Shown piece by piece: positions 50,101 through 58,792 of a stretch of 64,000 nucleotides of DNA. Both the position numbers and the translations under genes were made by a program. Origin of the DNA: Aureliella sp. (GTDB taxonomy: Bacteria; Planctomycetota; Planctomycetia; Pirellulales; Pirellulaceae); contig OY829846.1 in the NCBI GenBank assembly GCA_963691875.1, positions 1,792,001-1,856,000 of the forward strand. Reading direction: 5' to 3'. How positions within the stretch are numbered: position 1 is the stretch's first letter; each line of letters starts with the position of its first letter. The notes beneath the pieces are model-generated. The model was not told where the DNA came from and did no database searches. It saw nothing but the letters and a program-made list of their open reading frames with translations.

Positions 50101-51333
50101 GCAGTCGAGCCTGGTCAGGTTTCTCAGGAAAACAACTTCAGCGAGATCCTCGCTCAACCAAATCCTCCGCAGGTTCCACCGCCGCCAGGACAACCCAATC
50201 CACCTCCAACTTCTACACCGCCAGTGCCAGATCTGTATGCGGCCGCGCCTGCATCCCAAGTCTTTACGAATCCTGGGTTTCAAGCTTTGCCGAATGTGAT
50301 TGGTATTGGGCACTCCCACAACCCAACGTGGCATTTGAGCGTGATTAATGGTGGATTTCCACGAGGTTCAGGGGAAGGAGAAGCTGTGAGCGAAGAGTAT
50401 GTTCGACGAAACGCGCAGCACCTGGACCTCTACTCTTGGTCGGTGAGAAGCATGCACGAGAATGTGCGTCTGGTGAGCTTGAACTCTGAGTCGACACGAC
50501 CATTTGAAGTGATCGTGTTTGACGTCCCAGGCGCGAAACCACTTGCTGGTGACTTCGACGGCGATAGCTACGATGAACTTGTCCTGTTTGCCGAGGGTGA
50601 GTGGTTTATAGATTTCAATGGCAATGGTCGTTGGGATGAATCTGATATCTGGCTAAAATTAGGAAGCGTGGGCGATCAACCCGTGGTCGGCGATTGGGAT
50701 GGTGACGGCAAAGATGATGTCGGAGTGTTTGGTCCTAGCTGGCAAGGCGATGATCGAGCCCTAGCCGCCGAGACGGGCCTGCCGGATCCAGAAAACAGAG
50801 CTCGAACTCGCGCCAAGAACCTACCACCAGATGCGGATGAGGCTCCTGACACGCCTCGGTTGATGAAACGAAACAGTCAAGCACCAGGTAGAGCCGACTT
50901 GATCGATCACGTCTTCAGATTCGGTGGTGGAAAAGACTCTGCGGTCAGTGGAGACTTTAACGGCGACGGAATTTCGTCCATCGGTACATATCGTGATGGC
51001 GTCTGGATTTTGGATGTCGACGGCGACGGTGAACTGATTGATGGACGCGACAAACAGATAGATTTCGGCGAGGCAGGCGACATTCCTGTCGTAGGCGATT
51101 TTGATGGCGACGGCATTGACGAGATTGCAGTGGTCCGTGGAAATCGAGTTATCGTGGACTCGAATGATAACGGACGAATCGATGCGACCGATCAGGTGTT
51201 CTTGCTTGACTCAGAGACGGGTACTGTAATTGTCGGAGATTTCGACGGCGATGGCCGTGATGAGCCGCTCATGCATCAATCCGCACAACAACGCAGCGTC
51301 ACGGCCAGCGGGGCTTCGCATCCCAAGGCATAG
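47143..51333 (+). CDS. Large surface protein with SdrD B-like repeats and C-terminal FG-GAP-like GDFDGDG repeats
   Basis: IEQMEPRLLLA planctomycete-type signal; about five ISGxV..D...GxEIxL...TDxNGxYxF repeats; Pro-rich linker; GD(F/W)DGDG repeats. Confidence 0.9.
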   Translation: MLFQRQVDRLAKLLHMQGRNAARRQLAASLRETTKRAPTIEQMEPRLLLAADAIQIGAVYVEEDLGSDQTGDLFHITFQGGAEATELRRLSIDGDLTSDGFGIGDLFFDTKDPGYGADQPFAFQIRNFNTADQSASVRATVEDGTSLLVLDFTHFRAGDSLIFSIDVDEVQFFDPNETDLARQNDNFDPITSGVEFQNAILEAEFEAPHYEDVAGLERFLNRYDDWLDQSGLALPKDNQDGKRDRSAGAGFELQQVPKPISLSGYVYVDANENLLLESGEQRLSGVGIELFVQQGASFVSTGHSTTTNAEGKYSFGTNLNLLPGIYQVRETQPTGYYSVGATLGRIVGQPNASVGELVAGNPNILGEIDLSKGDLHAEELNFAENAPNSIRGQVCLVTSGDTCFDNSSGKETLADVLIELRDESGTLVESTRTNSNGEYSFSDLNAGTYSITEVTPAGVIDGDARLGNAGGVRQNASYLTQIVVGGGTIASGYDFCEILPSEISGHVYHDDNHNGLREDDEELLSGVEITLFDDQGNLVELARTDSNGSYRFQYLIPGEYRLQEVTPANYLPGQANAGTIGDLSVGQVDASGDRIDSIELGAGSVGIDFDFGEILGASISGRVHIDDDGDCEYDAGEQSLAGVTIELLDASGRVVERMQTDNEGRYSFTDLRTAVYSIREIQPDGLFQGGQRAGSGGGDDSSQDIIRTIDLTRGGDYIDYNFCELEPGSISGNVFADLDFDCFQDTHEEAVGGVEIQLRDASGILVTTTHTDSNGNYRFETLHPGGYSVHEGQPTGFFQGGQTAPVGVGDTSTQDVVASIQLASGQNITQVDFCEVPPSEITGYVFQDGAVIINDSGEVPEDIRSVRDGVRTADDSPIPGVQVELRTLTGAAIPSDRALPGFYSGNSIQVSTDANGFFRFAGLRSGAYHIYETQPIGFEDGIDTPGTTTGFAVNLNETELVPSSVIRLIQLSNPGADPGNDAILSVAVEPGQVSQENNFSEILAQPNPPQVPPPPGQPNPPPTSTPPVPDLYAAAPASQVFTNPGFQALPNVIGIGHSHNPTWHLSVINGGFPRGSGEGEAVSEEYVRRNAQHLDLYSWSVRSMHENVRLVSLNSESTRPFEVIVFDVPGAKPLAGDFDGDSYDELVLFAEGEWFIDFNGNGRWDESDIWLKLGSVGDQPVVGDWDGDGKDDVGVFGPSWQGDDRALAAETGLPDPENRARTRAKNLPPDADEAPDTPRLMKRNSQAPGRADLIDHVFRFGGGKDSAVSGDFNGDGISSIGTYRDGVWILDVDGDGELIDGRDKQIDFGEAGDIPVVGDFDGDGIDEIAVVRGNRVIVDSNDNGRIDATDQVFLLDSETGTVIVGDFDGDGRDEPLMHQSAQQRSVTASGASHPKA

Positions 51334-51384
51334 CTGTGGTCATCGAGCGTTTTCGTCGTTTCGCGTTGTGATGCATCTCAGGAA

Positions 51385-52086
51385 TTGAGCATGGGTGCAC
51401 CGAAGCTGCAGGACCGCCTTCAGAGACTAGCAGATTTGATAGCAGAGAAGTGTCCGGGTTCCAGATGCCATGCCGATATCGGCAGCGATCATGGATTGCT
51501 TCTCCGTTACTTGCTTGAGAGCAGAATCGTTTACCGCGGAATCGCCGGGGAACTGCGAAGCGCTCCGCTCGCGAACTCGAAAAAACAGCTGCAAGACCTA
51601 CCCTGCGATGTGCGTCATGGAAATGGGCTTGAGGTGTTGCGTCCGGGAGAAGCTTCTAGCCTAAGCATTTCAGGCATGGGAGATCAAACCATCCTCTCAA
51701 TCCTATCCAATCATCCGGCTTGTCTGCCTAAGTGGTTGTTTTTACAACCCAACAGAGGAATTGGTGCGGTTCGAAAGTGGGCCTACGAAAGTGGATTCCA
51801 CTTGAAGACAGAAATCTGGACTAAAAAAGATTTTCAGCTACTTGCCTTTCAAAAGGCGGATTTGCCTGATCCAGCCTACGCACGATTCGCTGCCAATGAT
51901 GATCTTCTCGAAACATCTCAAGTTTTTGGGCCGGTTTTCTTACAACAACACCACGCGTCCTTACTGAAACGTTTACAAGCCGAATCGCGTTATTACGAAG
52001 TGCTTCCGAAACTAGGGGTGATATCGAAGCATAGACTGCGGCTCATACACATCGCGTTGCGGTGGTTGGCAGATTGTAGCAATTGA
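51385..52086 (+). CDS. trmK: tRNA (adenine22-N1)-methyltransferase TrmK family
   Basis: ADIGSDHGLL, GNGLEVL, ISGMG, LQPN. Confidence 0.85.
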   Translation: MSMGAPKLQDRLQRLADLIAEKCPGSRCHADIGSDHGLLLRYLLESRIVYRGIAGELRSAPLANSKKQLQDLPCDVRHGNGLEVLRPGEASSLSISGMGDQTILSILSNHPACLPKWLFLQPNRGIGAVRKWAYESGFHLKTEIWTKKDFQLLAFQKADLPDPAYARFAANDDLLETSQVFGPVFLQQHHASLLKRLQAESRYYEVLPKLGVISKHRLRLIHIALRWLADCSN

Positions 52087-52190
52087 CATGCCGCTTTTGG
52101 TCGGACGAGGGTTGCCAGCCATCAATATCCATCAAGCCATTTGCATCCCATACTTGAGGCAGTTTGTCCGTAGTATGAGTTGGTGTTCCC

Positions 52191-54440
52191 ATGTCGGCCA
52201 TGATTCCAAGTCGCATTCTCTTGGTGGATGATACCCCGGCGATTATCGCCGATTATCGCAAGATCCTTTCCGCGAATTGGACAGGTCAACGCCTCGAGGC
52301 GGCAGAGTTGTTCCGAGGCGAGCAACGACCGCCGGAAGTCGATCTACCAGTTTTCGAACTAATTGCTGCGAATCAGGGGCAAGAAGCTGTTTTTCTGGTT
52401 GAGCAAGCCCAAGCTGAAGGACGTCCATTTAGCCTGGCATTTGTCGACATGCGTATGCCCCCTGGCTGGGATGGCCTAGAGACGATCGAGCGCATTTGGG
52501 AAATTGATCCTGACATGCAACTGGTCGTCTGCTCAGCATATTCGGACCACAATTGGAATGAGATTCATGAACGTATCGGTGAAACCGATCAACTACTCAT
52601 TCTGAAGAAGCCTTTCGATCGAGTTGAAGTCAGTCAGATTGCGGTCGCCATGGCTGAGAAGTGGCGATTGGCGCAAGCAAGTCGAAAGGCCGCAATTGAA
52701 AAAGCACAGCGTCTTGAACACATCGAAGAGTCGCTGACTCAGCATAGTCGCCATTTAGCCATGGCCTCTGAGCTAGCTCGTTTAGGCTACTGTTCTGTCG
52801 ATCTTCCTGCCGGGAGATTCGAAGCCTGCAAGAGAACGCTAGAGCTACTTAATGTGGCAGGTGGAGACGTCGATAGTCTAGATGAGTTCATTTCCAAGCT
52901 ACACCCGAAAGATCATCCTGAACTGAGAAAGCTATTTGCCGCATCAGCACAAGATCCATTGGGCACCGATATCGAGTATAAGACTCGCGTTCTACTTGGC
53001 GACTCCAACGAACGACATCTGCAAATGAGATTTGTCGCCGCTGGAGTAGATGGCGCAGATCGATCTGGCGCTCTGTTTGGTGTGATTCAAGACATCACAG
53101 ACCACGAGGTTGTGCTAGGAGCAGTCAAGCATGCATCGCTTCACGATCCGCTCACTGGCCTGCCGAATCGCGCAAAACTCATGGACCACTTGAAACAGGC
53201 GCTTCGGGAGGTGAATAGGCATAACTCCGGTGTAGGACTCGTCTTGTTCGACGTGGACCACTTCAAAAGAGTCAACGATTCCTTTGGGCATCCCGCCGGC
53301 GATGCCTTACTAAGCGAAGTTGCAAAGCGTCTGCAGATTTCCAAACGCGACGCAGATATCGTCGCTAGACTGGGCGGTGATGAATTCGCGCTAGTTCAGT
53401 CTGGTACAGACGTTCCGACCAAGACTCAAGCCATGTTAGAACGCATCTATCAAATCCTTCGGCAACCGTACGAACTGGACGGCAAGAAACACTCTGCATC
53501 GATCAGTGCAGGAATTTCCTTCGCGCCAACCAACGGCCTGGATCCCGAGCATCTGATGAAATCGGCGGATATAGCGCTCTACCGAGCGAAACAGGAGGGG
53601 CGAGGAGTCTACCGCTTTTTCGATGATGAGATGGATCGCCTGATGCAGAATCGGCGTCAGTTGGAGGCGGATCTTCGGAACGCGGTAGAGAACGATGAGC
53701 TGTACTTACTATACCAGCCGATCGTTTGTACCCAGACGCAACGAATCCAAGGACTAGAGGCCTTGGTTCGCTGGGACCATCCAACACGCGGGCTAGTCCC
53801 GCCATTAGATTTCATAGAGATCTCCGAAGAGACCGGTGACATTGTCGGAATTGGCGATTGGGTACTTCGCCAAGCCTGCAAAGACGCATTACTATGTTAT
53901 GACGATATGCTCATCGCCATCAATGTGTCGCCGAGACAACTACAAACTGTAGATTTCGTCGAGACAGTTGAAGCTGTTTTGCAGGAAACCGGTCTGGATG
54001 CTGCTCGTCTCGAGTTGGAAATCACGGAAAATTTGTTCTTAGATCGAACCAATGAAACGATCGAAATGCTCGGCGGCTTGCGTGAGAAAGGCGTTCGCAT
54101 TGTGATGGATGATTTTGGAACTGGCCATTCATCCCTAAGCTACGTGCACAGTTTTCCATTTGACAAGATGAAATTGGACAAATCATTCTTGCTGAACTCT
54201 GGCGAAGGCACACATTCTCAAGAAATTGTTCGCGCCGTCGCCGGGCTCGGACGTAGTCTGGGCATGTCAACCTGTGCAGAGGGTGTCGAGACTCACCAGC
54301 AGCTATCATTGGTGCAACAAGAAGGTTACACGTACGCCCAAGGAAACTACTTCGGAAAGCCTCAGAGGATCGAGGCACTGCTGGACGCAGTGCAGCACGT
54401 TTCGTCCCCCTTTCTCCCCATGCACACGGGGCGGGACTGA
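52191..54440 (+). CDS. REC-PAS-GGDEF-EAL c-di-GMP signalling protein
   Basis: ILLVDD...DMRMPPGWDG receiver; HDPLTGLPNR...RLGGDEF; LEALVRW...MDDFGTGHSS. Confidence 0.95.
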   Translation: MSAMIPSRILLVDDTPAIIADYRKILSANWTGQRLEAAELFRGEQRPPEVDLPVFELIAANQGQEAVFLVEQAQAEGRPFSLAFVDMRMPPGWDGLETIERIWEIDPDMQLVVCSAYSDHNWNEIHERIGETDQLLILKKPFDRVEVSQIAVAMAEKWRLAQASRKAAIEKAQRLEHIEESLTQHSRHLAMASELARLGYCSVDLPAGRFEACKRTLELLNVAGGDVDSLDEFISKLHPKDHPELRKLFAASAQDPLGTDIEYKTRVLLGDSNERHLQMRFVAAGVDGADRSGALFGVIQDITDHEVVLGAVKHASLHDPLTGLPNRAKLMDHLKQALREVNRHNSGVGLVLFDVDHFKRVNDSFGHPAGDALLSEVAKRLQISKRDADIVARLGGDEFALVQSGTDVPTKTQAMLERIYQILRQPYELDGKKHSASISAGISFAPTNGLDPEHLMKSADIALYRAKQEGRGVYRFFDDEMDRLMQNRRQLEADLRNAVENDELYLLYQPIVCTQTQRIQGLEALVRWDHPTRGLVPPLDFIEISEETGDIVGIGDWVLRQACKDALLCYDDMLIAINVSPRQLQTVDFVETVEAVLQETGLDAARLELEITENLFLDRTNETIEMLGGLREKGVRIVMDDFGTGHSSLSYVHSFPFDKMKLDKSFLLNSGEGTHSQEIVRAVAGLGRSLGMSTCAEGVETHQQLSLVQQEGYTYAQGNYFGKPQRIEALLDAVQHVSSPFLPMHTGRD

Positions 54441-54791
54441 GTCTAGGCAGGTAACTGCTCAGTGCCCTATGAAAGGCGGCACCCCTCCGGTAGTCGATAT
54501 CAGTCTGCCGGCACAAGGCGACAGCATAGACCGATTCTTTCGGCGTACGAGTTTGCAAAATTCGCTAGGGCAAATTGGTGCATCGCACACAATTGTTGCT
54601 TTGACTTGGAGCTCCGCAGAACATTAGTCGCTGCTCCTCTACATTTTTTGTCCCCAATGCTCTGCTCTCGATTTCCGCCTTCGGTAGCTGTTCGTCGTGG
54701 ACGGTGACAAGGCGGGGGGAGGATGGCGTCCCGAACTTTGCCGTAGCAACCAGGATTGCAGCGCGGATTTGGTCTAGAAGCCGATGGTGGC

Positions 54792-56519
54792 TCACTTTGC
54801 TCGCGTTGATCGCTGCTCAGGAAATGGCAAGGCCTTTACGCTTTCAGCCCATTCTCGCCATTTTGCCTTCATAGCTTTTACTCGATCCGGGTGCTTCATA
54901 GCAAGGTTTCGAGTTTCACCACGATCAGGCCTTTCACCACCATCCATCTGGTAGAGCTCCCAACCGTCTTCGCGACGATCATTGAACGTCACAAGCTTCC
55001 AGTCGCCATCTCGAATCGCACTGTGATTCTCGTGTTGCCAGAAAAGCGTACGTGAATTTGCCAGAGTGTTGGCGTCTTGGATATGATCCGCGAAACTCTC
55101 CCCAACTAGCTTGGGAACTTCTACGCCATTGCGCTCTCGTGGTTGCTCCGCGCCAGACAACTCCATCAAAGTAGGGAAAACGTCAACTAGGTGCACGACA
55201 GCTTTAGTTTCAATTCGCCCTGGTTTGTCCAATCCTGCTGGCCAGTGAACGATGAGTGGTGTTGAAATGCCGCCTTCGTGAACAAACTTCTTGTACATAC
55301 GAAACGGAGCATTTGAGTAGGCGGCCCAGCAGGCTCCCTGCGAAATACTCCAGCCACTTTTCTTCTTCCACTCTGAGTAGTTCGACTCCAAGTAGTTGCC
55401 CCAGTTCATACCAAAATCGCCTGTCTCACCGCTACAACCATTATCAGACAGAAACAAAACCACTGTGTTGCCCAGAACTCCGCGCTGCTTCAAGCGTTGA
55501 ATGAGCCGGCCAACGTTTTGATCCAAGTTGTCTACCTGCCCAGCATACATCGCGCGTCTAAAGTCCAACTCGCGCTGGGCTTGCTTGCCGAGTTTCTCCC
55601 ATCGAGGAATCGCGCTCTTCGGCATGCCAAATCGCTGCTGGATCTCGGAGGAAATGTGCACATTGGCAAAACTCTGATTCCGCTTGAAATTTGCTCTCGG
55701 CGCGTGCAGGCCCATCTTCACCTGACGCGCAATCTTCTGCTTGGTTAACTCGTCCCAGCCGTCTAAATATTTCCCTTTGTATTTCTTGATCAAGTCATCC
55801 GGAGTCTCTAGCGGAAAGTGAGGTACGTTGTAGCAGAGGTGCAGTACGAATGGCTTTTTCTTCTCAGTTGCTTGGTCGATGTAGTCCAGAGCGGCGTCCG
55901 TGAAAAACTCCGTCGTATAAAAATCTTCCCCCGGACGATATGGATTTTCAGGCTCCTCGCCGGCGGGAATCCATAGCTTTCCATCCCGATGAATCGGAGA
56001 CCCAGGCAGTAAGTTCCAGTAGCTATCGATGTGGCTATAGATGCCCGTGAACTTCTGCCAGCCGTGTTTCTCAGGGTGAGCTCTTTCCGCGCGATGGCCA
56101 ACATGCCATTTTCCGACCATCATCGTTTGATAGCCGTCTTGCCCGAGAGCATCTGCAAAAGTGACAACATTTTCCGACAAGTTGCCTTCGTATCCCGGCC
56201 CACTGTCGCGGTAGACCATCATTCCGATGCCAGCTTGATGGGACCAAAGTCCGGTTAACAGAGAAGCGCGCGAAGGGCAGCAGCGACAAGTGTTGTAGGC
56301 CTGCGTGAATCGCATTCCCCTCTGCGCCAAGCTGTCGATGTTAGGCGTTTCGATCTCACTTCCGTAGCAACCGATGTCAGACCAGCCCAAATCATCACAG
56401 AACACGATCACAAAATTCGGCCGACCCAAATCCTTAGCTGGCTCCGCGGCGTCAAGGCTGGCCAAGGGCAGAATGAGAAACGACAGTAGCGGAATAAGCG
56501 ACTGTGGAATTTTTGACAT
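54792..56519 (-). CDS. Arylsulfatase (formylglycine-dependent)
   Basis: RPNFVIVFCDDLG, CCPSRASLLTG, GKWH. Confidence 0.95.
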   Translation of the reverse strand: MSKIPQSLIPLLSFLILPLASLDAAEPAKDLGRPNFVIVFCDDLGWSDIGCYGSEIETPNIDSLAQRGMRFTQAYNTCRCCPSRASLLTGLWSHQAGIGMMVYRDSGPGYEGNLSENVVTFADALGQDGYQTMMVGKWHVGHRAERAHPEKHGWQKFTGIYSHIDSYWNLLPGSPIHRDGKLWIPAGEEPENPYRPGEDFYTTEFFTDAALDYIDQATEKKKPFVLHLCYNVPHFPLETPDDLIKKYKGKYLDGWDELTKQKIARQVKMGLHAPRANFKRNQSFANVHISSEIQQRFGMPKSAIPRWEKLGKQAQRELDFRRAMYAGQVDNLDQNVGRLIQRLKQRGVLGNTVVLFLSDNGCSGETGDFGMNWGNYLESNYSEWKKKSGWSISQGACWAAYSNAPFRMYKKFVHEGGISTPLIVHWPAGLDKPGRIETKAVVHLVDVFPTLMELSGAEQPRERNGVEVPKLVGESFADHIQDANTLANSRTLFWQHENHSAIRDGDWKLVTFNDRREDGWELYQMDGGERPDRGETRNLAMKHPDRVKAMKAKWREWAESVKALPFPEQRSTRAK

Positions 56520-56639
56520 CGGAACCGTCGCGCAAGCAGGAAAGTGAAGTGCGTTTTACAGACAGTCTAGCAGATTCATTCGCCTACATTTCCTTTCTCT
56601 CACGCCGCAGCAAGCCTCCCAAGTCCCAGCATTGCAGCG

Positions 56640-57590
56640 ATAAGATTTCTTTGAATGTCAGGTGTACCCGCGTAAATGATTCCTTCTACGGTATCTCGAA
56701 GATCGCGTTCCGCTCGGCCCCTCGCTCATGTAGCCACGACCTCCAGAAACACGGATTGCGGAGAGGCTGTTTTCGAAAAATGCTTCCGAAATACGAAGCT
56801 TGGCCATCGAGGCTTTCAAAAGGAATTCTGTTCCCTTCGTCAACAAGCCGCGCCGCTTGGTGGAACAAGAGCCGCGAGGTCTCCTGCCACAAACGCATAT
56901 CCGCTATCCGATTGGACACAGACGGAAGTTTTCCGATCGGCGTTCCATCCAGCTTTCGTTCCCTGCAAATGCGACCGTCTCGTCCAATTGTCGCACCATC
57001 GAACCAACATGAATGCAGAATATAAATGATCGTTCGTAGTCCATTGATGCATTGAAGACACCAACTCCTGCTCCATCTTCACCGAGCACATTCTCGTTAT
57101 GTAAAAAAAGACGTCCTCGAATTCAATCGCGTCTGTTGGAATTGTCCGCGATCTCCTTTTCGATTCCGAATCAAGAAAAGTGCCCCCCTCGAATTCTGCA
57201 TCCACGATCATTGCAGTGATGCCCCTCTTTTTCGGGCAGGATTCATGAAAGCGAAAGTGAGAACCATAGCCACCATGGCAGCCAGACCGACAGATTCCTT
57301 CTTCCCAGTCAAGCGATAGCCGCTGTCGACTTGCTTGGCGAGCGATTTCATATGTAGTGGATCGGAACCCGCTTTCGCTTCGGTCAAAGCATGAACGCCA
57401 ATCTGGCTGCCATCCACCACGCCAGTCTGATGATTCTCATGCTGAAAGTTGTTGCCGTGACAAGTATCCCATCACTAATCGCCAACGCGTCACCACCGTA
57501 CATAAGTGGCAGGTCATATAGCTTGTTCGCTCAACATCGCTTCAAGCCCCAGTCATCGCATCAAAGCCTTAGTAGAGCACGCCTATTGCC
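56640..57590 (-). pseudogene. Degraded acyl-CoA dehydrogenase (prolyl-PCP dehydrogenase-like)
   Basis: Colinear fragments in different frames: HALTEAKAGSD...GYRLTGKK; LGEDGAGVGVFNASMDYER; SNRIADMRL...SRLL; ASMAKLRISEA...GGRGYMSE. Confidence 0.85.
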
Positions 57591-57624
57591 ATGACAGCCT
57601 GTCGAGACCTCGCTGGTTATCGGC

Positions 57625-58737
57625 CTACAACTTGATCACGACGTTCTTAAGATGCAAAACCCACGCAAAGATCCAAATCAACATTGCAAAGGCAATCGCT
57701 TGTAGCAGAGAACCGGCATAGTTTCCGAAAGTGCTCTGAAAGAAATTGGCATAGGTCCAACCGTAAATCCCTTGGTCTCCAATCTTTACCAATGCGAGTA
57801 GCTTGACTGTGACCGATGAGGCAACAAAGGAGGCGAGTGGATTCTTTCCGAATGCTTCGAACATCCAGGACCAAGCTCGCCAGTGCTTCAGGTCCAAGAT
57901 GACTAGCAAGCCAATCAAGAACAGTGTCGCCAAGCCTCCTGTGACCAGGACGTAGGAACTGCTCCAAATCGGTTTGTTGATTGGGCAGCCTAAAAAATGC
58001 AGGGCTACGCCTGTCAGTGTCGCCACCAAGCCGTAGGGAAAGAGAGACTGAATCTTTTCTTCAACGGAATCATGAGCTTGAATCACCAATCCAATCCAGT
58101 AGCCGAACAGAACAGTGCCGGCTGCCGGTAGTGTGCTTAGTAAGCCTTCAGGGTCGAAGGCAATCCCATAGCCTGAATAAAGATGCTTCTCTCCAAGGAG
58201 CCACAAGTCGAGACTTCGGACAGCGTTGCCTTCCAACGACAAAGGCGCTTCGCCACCGAAAATTAGCAATAACGCAAAGTATCCGCCGAGTATCGAACCG
58301 AATACATAGGGAATCCTAGAACGCGGACAATTCATCACAATCACCGCCGCCAAACCGTAGGCCAACGCGATCCGCTGCAGCACACCGAAGATGCGAAGAT
58401 CTTCAATGCTCTTGTCAAAGAATGGAAACCAATTGAGTAGCAAGCCGACCAGAAAGATCGACGTAGTCCGAAGCAAGACCTTGCTATACCACGCCGCCCT
58501 GTCAGGCGATTCGTTGTACCTCCTAAAAGAGAACGACATCGCCACACCAACGATGAATACGAAAAAGGGAAAAACAAGATCAGTCGGCGTCAGGCCATCC
58601 CATTCTGCATGCTTCAATGGCGCGTAAACATAACTCCAGGAACCTGGTGTATTGACGATGACCATGAAGAAGATGGTCATGCCTCGAAAAATATCGAGTG
58701 CGAGGAGTCTTTGAGTTTTCGGGGCGGACTCGGTCAT
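57625..58737 (-). CDS. Heparan-alpha-glucosaminide N-acetyltransferase-like (NagX/DUF5009) membrane protein
   Basis: RLLALDIFRG, VNTPG, HAEWDG, DLVFPFF, GVLQRI, FDPEG, PINKPIWSSSY. Confidence 0.9.
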   Translation of the reverse strand: MTESAPKTQRLLALDIFRGMTIFFMVIVNTPGSWSYVYAPLKHAEWDGLTPTDLVFPFFVFIVGVAMSFSFRRYNESPDRAAWYSKVLLRTTSIFLVGLLLNWFPFFDKSIEDLRIFGVLQRIALAYGLAAVIVMNCPRSRIPYVFGSILGGYFALLLIFGGEAPLSLEGNAVRSLDLWLLGEKHLYSGYGIAFDPEGLLSTLPAAGTVLFGYWIGLVIQAHDSVEEKIQSLFPYGLVATLTGVALHFLGCPINKPIWSSSYVLVTGGLATLFLIGLLVILDLKHWRAWSWMFEAFGKNPLASFVASSVTVKLLALVKIGDQGIYGWTYANFFQSTFGNYAGSLLQAIAFAMLIWIFAWVLHLKNVVIKL

Positions 58738-58792
58738 AGAGCTTTGATAATTCCTTCTGGATTGGTTGAAGAAACTCGGTTTGCTAAGCATT

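Noticed and set aside
54400..54790. GC-rich hairpin-like sequence and ORF 54565-54795 between convergent genes
   Set aside because: No second copy in the window and no protein-like features.
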